64,000 nucleotides of DNA from Alphaproteobacteria bacterium (GTDB taxonomy: Bacteria > Pseudomonadota > Alphaproteobacteria > Rs-D84): NCBI GenBank assembly GCA_031549365.1, contig JAVBPX010000007.1, forward strand, positions 1 through 64,000. Direction: 5' to 3'. Of this stretch, positions 57,985 through 64,000 are shown piece after piece; the first letter of the stretch is position 1; each line of letters begins with the position of its first letter. The notes beneath the pieces are model-generated. The model was not told the origin of the DNA. It did not search any database and was given only the letters and a program-made list of their open reading frames with translations. A program made the translations under genes and the position numbers.

Positions 57985-59574
57985 TTACTCTTTGCGATCT
58001 GGATACTCACCCCTATCCAACTTCTCACGAATCTCGTGATGCTTCACTTTTTTCGTGCTGGTCTGTGGTAATTCATCCGTTGTCATCGCGTAATGTGTAA
58101 CCCATTTGTACGGCGCAATTTTAACATTTGACGAAGCAATATCAATCGCCAATTTTTGCATTGTTACCTCTGGTTTAACTTGGAATACTCCGTATGCAAC
58201 CATTTTGCCACGAATAACTCGTTCCAAAACAGCAGCCGATAAAATATCAGGATTCTGCAAATACAAATCTTCCAATTCATCTGGATAAACGTTTTTACCG
58301 CTGTCCAAAACGATGACTTGTTTTTTACGTCCTTTTACAACCAAACGGCCTTTTTTATCAAACATCCCCAAATCACCGGTTTTATACCAACCGTCTTCTG
58401 TGAATGAATCTGCATTTGCTTCCGGGTTATTAATGTACCCAGGCATAACAACACGCCCACGAACATAAATTTCTCCAATTCCTTGCTTATTCGGTTCATT
58501 AATCTTGACTTCGTTTCCAATTAATGGTCCGGCATAAACACGTTTTCCATCAGCATTAACGAATTCCAAATTAAAATTACTTGGCCCAGTTGTTTCTGTC
58601 AATCCATAACAATCGCCGACTGTCATACCCAATGCTTCGTAAAATTTACGAATAGTTGGTTTTAACGTGGCCCCAGCTGAAATTAAAACAGAAACACGTC
58701 CACCAAACATTTCATGAACTGGCTTGGTAATTCCTTTAACAATGAATCCTAAACCAATGGCACGCAAAAATCCGCGCATAGCCATAACAGTTTTGAACAA
58801 CCAATACACGCGTTTTTCTCTGTAACCATCAATAATTTTTTTGTAAAACACTTCCCACATGCGTGGCACAGCCGGAATAACTTGCGGACGATATTTTTTG
58901 AAATCAGCCAAAAATTCTTTTGGATTCATGCCCGGCTGTAATAACAATGAACCATCCAGCGCGATTGGAGCAATAATATTAATCACAAATCCATAAATAT
59001 GGTACAGAGGCAAAAACCCATAAAATATAAACCCAGTCTTAATAACAGATCTATAATATTGTGCCCCATCATAAATACCCAAAATATTGTCATGCGTTAA
59101 GCCAACAATCTTTGGATTCCCAGTCGATCCCGAAGTAAATGATAATGACGCCAAATCATCCAATTCTACATCGGCGGCAACAAAATCTTTTTCATCGCCT
59201 GTATCTTTGGAATTAATGTCATACATTTCCGGTCCGCCTTCAACGAACAAGTTTTTCTCGGCCAGAGCAATTGAACAATTCGTACGTGCCATCATGTTCA
59301 AATGTTCTGTTTTGGCCAATGATGTGTCCAACATTAAAACTCTGGCTCCTTGTGAAACCACGGCAAAATATGAAACCAAAAATTGTGGAGAATTTGAACA
59401 TAACAAAGCAACAGTATCGCCTTTTTTAATCCCCAATTTTTTTGACAAAGTAACCGCACGCAATTTAACCAAGCGCAACAAGTCAGCATATGTCAAATTT
59501 TCCCTTACAAAAAACAAACGCTCTTTATTCTTCTCGCATGTTTCTTGTAACATTTGATATATATTTTTAAACAT
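57985..59574 (-). CDS. Long-chain fatty acid--CoA ligase (AMP-binding)
   Basis: FTSGSTGNPK, YGLTET, TGDLG and GRKKQVIVLDSGKNVYPDELE. Confidence 0.92.
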   Translation of the reverse strand: MFKNIYQMLQETCEKNKERLFFVRENLTYADLLRLVKLRAVTLSKKLGIKKGDTVALLCSNSPQFLVSYFAVVSQGARVLMLDTSLAKTEHLNMMARTNCSIALAEKNLFVEGGPEMYDINSKDTGDEKDFVAADVELDDLASLSFTSGSTGNPKIVGLTHDNILGIYDGAQYYRSVIKTGFIFYGFLPLYHIYGFVINIIAPIALDGSLLLQPGMNPKEFLADFKKYRPQVIPAVPRMWEVFYKKIIDGYREKRVYWLFKTVMAMRGFLRAIGLGFIVKGITKPVHEMFGGRVSVLISAGATLKPTIRKFYEALGMTVGDCYGLTETTGPSNFNLEFVNADGKRVYAGPLIGNEVKINEPNKQGIGEIYVRGRVVMPGYINNPEANADSFTEDGWYKTGDLGMFDKKGRLVVKGRKKQVIVLDSGKNVYPDELEDLYLQNPDILSAAVLERVIRGKMVAYGVFQVKPEVTMQKLAIDIASSNVKIAPYKWVTHYAMTTDELPQTSTKKVKHHEIREKLDRGEYPDRKE

Positions 59575-59875
59575 TACTACTCCTTACTTGCATTCCACCA
59601 GCAAACCATTCGCTGGCGAATTTTTATGTGCGGTCCCCCACACAAACTATCATTTATTGTCATTGCCAATGTAACAAAGCAATCTCGGCAATACAAACAT
59701 TTCCTCTTACATACTCCAAAATCTGTAACTACACAATTCTCACAAACTATAAATCGTGTCAGAATTATGTAGTTACAAAGAATTTATTGTTTTTTATGGC
59801 CCGCGGTTTACATAAACGTAAATAAGGGTCATAAAAACAATAAACTTGTTGGTAAATGCGTGATTATCACACGAT

Positions 59876-61465
59876 TTACTCTTTACGTTGGGAATACTCA
59901 CCTTTTTCCAACATCTTCCTAACTTCATGATGCTTTACCTTTTTTGTACTTGTCTGTGGTAATTCATCATTCGTCATCGCATAATGTGTAACCCATTTAT
60001 ATGACGCGACACGCATATTTTGCTTGGCAATACCCTTACCCAATTGCTCCAATGTAACATCAGGCTTAACTTGAAATACGCCATATGACACAGTCTTATT
60101 CTTGACCTTATGTTCAAACACAGCAACATTTTCAACCCCAGGTATTTCCATATATAATGCTTCCAATTCGTCTGGATATACATTTTTACCGCTATCTAAA
60201 ACAATAACTTGTTTTTTACGTCCACGGAAAAATAAATCTCCCTTTTCATCCATGACAGCCAAATCCCCGGTATTAAACCAACCATCTTTGTCAAACACTT
60301 CTGAATTGGCCAATTCGTTGTCCAAATATCCTTTGAATACAGAATGCCCACGAACCCACAATTCGCCAACGCCTTCGTTGTTTTTGTTACGAATTTGACA
60401 TTCATTGTTTGACAACGATCCGCCAATTGAAAACGGCTTTCTATGCTTTGTTGGCTTACTGATACAGATTGGTCCCACGGTTTCGGTCAAACCATAGCCC
60501 TGAATAAATCCAAATCCCAACCGGGTATAGAATAATTCGATTTCAGGTTTCGTAGCGGCCCCACCAGCAATTAATAAACGAACACGTCCGCCGAACAAAT
60601 CATGAACCGGCCCAGTTAATTTGCGAACAACAAAACCCAACCCCATTGCTTTTAAAAATTTTTGTGATTTTAAAATAAACTTCAATACGCCGTACATATG
60701 CTTTGCTTTGTAGTTTTCAACAATCTTGTTATAAAATACTTCCCACAATCTTGGCACCGCAGGAATAACATGTGGCCTATATTGTTTAAAATCGGCCATA
60801 ATATCTTTTGGGTTCATCCCTGGCTGTAACAAAATATTTGCACGATAATGTAACGTCGCCAAAATTTCTACAGCAAATCCATACACATGATACATTGGCA
60901 AAAATCCATATAAACAAGCACCATGATGAATGTATTCGGACATATCTTCCAACGAATTGGCCGTTTCAACCAAATTGAAATGTGTCAAAGGCACAACCTT
61001 TGGCATCCCAGTAGATCCAGAAGTAAATGATAACGAAGCAATTTCACAAGACGCAGCTTCATATGGTTTAAATACAAACCCTTTTTCCAACGCTGGATCT
61101 TTTTCTGTAATATCGTGAAATTTAAAATTCTTGCTTTCAAAGAAAAAACTTTTCTCGGCCAAAATCAATTTACAATTAACAATCTTGGTCATATTTTCAT
61201 ATTCATATGGTGTTAAATTGGTATCCAACATCAAGACACGACCCCCGGCCGCCAAAATCGCAAAATACGACAATGGGAATTCTGGAATATTATGCGCCAA
61301 AATACCAACAGTATCACCTGGCTGAACTTTATATTTTTTTTGTAAATTTACGGCTCTGGCATTAACCAATTCCAAAAATTCACCATACGTAGTTCCCTCA
61401 CGGGTTAAAAACACATTGCTTGGGACTTCCCTAACAACCTGTTCCAAAAATTGATACATATTCAT
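59876..61465 (-). CDS. Long-chain fatty acid--CoA ligase (tandem paralogue)
   Basis: FTSGSTGMPK, QGYGLTET, NTGDL and the same GRKKQVIVLDSGKNVYPDELE segment. Confidence 0.92.
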   Translation of the reverse strand: MNMYQFLEQVVREVPSNVFLTREGTTYGEFLELVNARAVNLQKKYKVQPGDTVGILAHNIPEFPLSYFAILAAGGRVLMLDTNLTPYEYENMTKIVNCKLILAEKSFFFESKNFKFHDITEKDPALEKGFVFKPYEAASCEIASLSFTSGSTGMPKVVPLTHFNLVETANSLEDMSEYIHHGACLYGFLPMYHVYGFAVEILATLHYRANILLQPGMNPKDIMADFKQYRPHVIPAVPRLWEVFYNKIVENYKAKHMYGVLKFILKSQKFLKAMGLGFVVRKLTGPVHDLFGGRVRLLIAGGAATKPEIELFYTRLGFGFIQGYGLTETVGPICISKPTKHRKPFSIGGSLSNNECQIRNKNNEGVGELWVRGHSVFKGYLDNELANSEVFDKDGWFNTGDLAVMDEKGDLFFRGRKKQVIVLDSGKNVYPDELEALYMEIPGVENVAVFEHKVKNKTVSYGVFQVKPDVTLEQLGKGIAKQNMRVASYKWVTHYAMTNDELPQTSTKKVKHHEVRKMLEKGEYSQRKE

Positions 61466-61489
61466 TTTTTTTCCTTTTTTATGTTCCAC

Positions 61490-61554
61490 CTGCGTTTATA
61501 ACGGACCAGGCGTGTATCATAACTTCATCTGCGTTTATAACGGGCCAGACGTGT
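61490..61554. repeat. Two-copy 26-bp direct repeat (39-bp period)
   Basis: CTGCGTTTATAACGGACCAGGCGTGT / CTGCGTTTATAACGGGCCAGACGTGT. Confidence 0.8.
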
Positions 61555-61750
61555 TTTGGATTTGCCATTTATACAAAATGACCTCGATATGATAACTATC
61601 CGCGGGAAAAAAGTCAACATCCCAAGAATAAATTACCACTCACCAAAACACACGTAAAATTTTTATTCCAAATTATACCTCTCTCAAAATCCCAACCATA
61701 TTAAAACCTCACTCCTGGCGCCCCCGCACCAATCCCAACCATTATATTAT

Positions 61751-62032
61751 GTCATTACTAGGGGCCAAGGCTCCGTGGCAATCTTTATCTCGGCGAAACA
61801 ACGTGCCGACGGATCATTGCAATTAAAAACCATCTCGCCCCTCCGGGGAGAGATAATAAAACATATGATCTTCGATCATCATGTTTTATAGAGAGGGGGA
61901 AATAAAAACAATAACCACAATTAAACCATCCCAAACCCCTGGTCATCCGGATCGCGCAGCCGAGAGGATCCAGTAAAACAAACGTTGCGACAGCAACTTT
62001 TTATTGTCATCCCTCGAAACCACAACTCCGCT
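61751..62032. repeat. Family A repeat (long copy)
   Basis: 61761-61961 matches 29-229; flanking modules match ~5425-5452 and ~5641-5665. Confidence 0.9.
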
Positions 62033-62139
62033 CGAATTCCAACGATATAAAAAACTCAACCATTAAAAATTAATAAACATAAACAAGGGTTCTAAAAAAC
62101 GACGAACCTGTTCCGAGGCGATACGTTTTCATTGATTTA

Positions 62140-62258
62140 AAACATTTCAAAATGCGATGATATGGCGGGTTCTTTTTATTTCCGAGTGGGCCGAGCATAT
62201 ATAAACATATGTGATGTCCCCGATGAAAATGAAAAAACGCGCCATTGCGCGCATTTTC
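62140..62258. repeat. Family B RPE-like repeat
   Basis: CATTTCAAAATGCGATGAT...GAGCATATATAAACATATGTGA...AAACGCGCCATTGCGCGCATTTT. Confidence 0.75.
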
Positions 62259-62259
62259 A

Positions 62260-64000
62260 TTAATTTTTATTGGTATATCCCATTGACGCTCTGTGCTTCT
62301 CTACTAAAAACTCTGGCACAGCAGGGCTCGGCGGAATCGCGGATTTTTCTATTAATTTTGCATCTTCATATGAACGAACATGATCTGCCTTAATCGGACG
62401 ATTTGCATACCCCTGCAATATTACCAACTGATTTTTTGTACTCATCGTAACAATATCCATTGGGGAAAACAAAACAGATTCTTTTTTCTCGTCTTTTCCA
62501 TCTTTTGTTTCAATCTTAATTTTTGTACCCATCATTTCGGAAAATATTTTTGCAGTCTCTAAATTATTCTGGCGCAATACAATCTTCGCCGCGGTGGTTG
62601 ACATTAAAATTTCCATATTTTCTTTTGAATACTTGGCGGCAATCTGTTGCAAATCTTGCCCAATTAATAAATAAGAAACCTTCTGCCCACGACCCAAATC
62701 CGGCCCTTCGATAACAGCTTGTAATTTCGCCATCTTTGGAAATTCGTCCAACACAAATAACACAGGGCAAGGTCCTAACTTTTTACCCGCATGTTCAAAT
62801 TCTGGCGGATTCGCAATTAAAAATCTGGACATCAAAGTAACAAAAATCCCAGTAATTGGATTCAAAGCATCTGCATCAACCTGATTAATGGACAAATAAA
62901 CAGTAACAGGTTTCATTTTTCCATCACGCGGATCAATCATTCCACGCAAATCTTCGAAATGGAAATCGGAATGCGAAGTCCTCGCACGCACGGCCGAATT
63001 TTTGAAAATCGCCATTGATGCGGCAACGGTGGACAAAATGGATCCACGTTCACGATCTGGCGTATTTGCCAACTGTGTTAATTCTTGAATCGAGCGATGC
63101 GCATAACCAAATTGACGCCCTTCGTTCACAGCATCTTGGAACAAATCTTTCATCGGATCTGCCAACGCCACCATTTGATCTCCTTGGCGGCGACGATTTT
63201 CCAATTCTTCTGTAATATTAATCTGACTGGTTGTAATCCAATCCAATAACATAGACAACGAAGCTTCCTTACCAACCCACTGCGGCGGAATCCCTTTCCA
63301 GGTCCCAACCGGCACATAATTCATAATATTCATCTGACCGTTGTTTAATAAATTCCAAGCCCCTTCGGCATTTAAATCATTCATTTTCATATAATAACTT
63401 GATAATAAAACCTTGTCCTCGGCATCAAAAGTATTTGTTTTAAACCGATGATAAAAATAATCATTTGCGCGCGCACGTTCACACTTGGAAACAATGAATT
63501 GAATCAAACCTGATAAAGCTGCACGCCCTGATAATGTCCAATGTGGATCGGCGGACGACGCAGCCTTGTCTTCAACCAATACAGCCACCATACTGTCCAC
63601 ATACAAATCGCGCTCGGCCGGATCTTGCGGCACATGCGATGGCGACAAAGGATTCCAACTCGGATAATAAATCCCGGCATCTGGATTATCCTGGCCCGCC
63701 CAATTGATAATAAACACGGGCCCAACTGTTGAACGATACCCGGACGTCAAATGCGCCAATTCCGGCTTTGGATCATTAACAATCATGGACACAGTATCAC
63801 ACTCAAAAATTGTTGGCATAACAACACCCTTGGTTTTACCTGTCCCCGGGGGTGCCACGCATAATACAGATAACGTTTCATCCAACTTTAACCACTTTTT
63901 TTTGAATTGCCCCAACACAACCATAAACCCTTTGAATAAACCCATTTTTTCAACATCTTTTTCCGCCGCTTCCAAAGAACTCTTTTCATCAAACTTATCC
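62260..64000 (-). CDS. virD4: Type IV secretion coupling protein VirD4 (5' end outside the window)
   Basis: VAPPGTGKTKGVVMPT, VNDPKPEL, WNPL, VLDEFPKM and QDLQQI..KY. Confidence 0.9.
   Translation of the reverse strand, partial: DKFDEKSSLEAAEKDVEKMGLFKGFMVVLGQFKKKWLKLDETLSVLCVAPPGTGKTKGVVMPTIFECDTVSMIVNDPKPELAHLTSGYRSTVGPVFIINWAGQDNPDAGIYYPSWNPLSPSHVPQDPAERDLYVDSMVAVLVEDKAASSADPHWTLSGRAALSGLIQFIVSKCERARANDYFYHRFKTNTFDAEDKVLLSSYYMKMNDLNAEGAWNLLNNGQMNIMNYVPVGTWKGIPPQWVGKEASLSMLLDWITTSQINITEELENRRRQGDQMVALADPMKDLFQDAVNEGRQFGYAHRSIQELTQLANTPDRERGSILSTVAASMAIFKNSAVRARTSHSDFHFEDLRGMIDPRDGKMKPVTVYLSINQVDADALNPITGIFVTLMSRFLIANPPEFEHAGKKLGPCPVLFVLDEFPKMAKLQAVIEGPDLGRGQKVSYLLIGQDLQQIAAKYSKENMEILMSTTAAKIVLRQNNLETAKIFSEMMGTKIKIETKDGKDEKKESVLFSPMDIVTMSTKNQLVILQGYANRPIKADHVRSYEDAKLIEKSAIPPSPAVPEFLVEKHRASMGYTNKN

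Overview
AT-rich Gram-negative chromosome segment, most likely from an alphaproteobacterium. This is inferred from the Rickettsiales-style VirB11/VirD4 genes, the RPE-like palindromic repeats and the podovirus-like head/tail genes, and a host-associated uncultured lineage is plausible. The window has four parts. (1) Housekeeping genes: fabZ, lpxD, skp, a DEAD-box helicase, typA, mscL, gpsA, ispA, two acyl-CoA ligases, virB11, virD4 and two tRNA-Ser genes. (2) A T7/podovirus-like structural gene set at ~6.8-18.0 kb with no integrase or replication genes. It is interrupted by host-like genes, and its large terminase is split into ATPase and nuclease genes. A promoter- and terminator-bounded small RNA with anti-Shine-Dalgarno loops lies in the gap. 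It looks like a domesticated, GTA-like system. (3) A tandem array of elements at the 3' end of tRNA-Ser(GGA), ~27.4-52.6 kb. The main ~21.7 kb island has a serine recombinase, DUF2924, ParB-methyltransferase, terS-like and terL genes but no capsid. Its cargo is a SIR2-APAZ/short Argonaute (SPARSA) defence system, extra ProRS and TyrRS, an MccF-like/PPase-PepE/GNAT operon, and an uncharacterised operon of radical SAM-SPASM, phosphatase-kinase and B12-radical SAM genes. Two flanking mini-units share a ~330 bp att/promoter/leader module that drives different cargo genes. (4) Two families of dispersed palindromic repeats. All family assignments come from motif recognition by eye; no searches were run, and non-coding coordinates are approximate.
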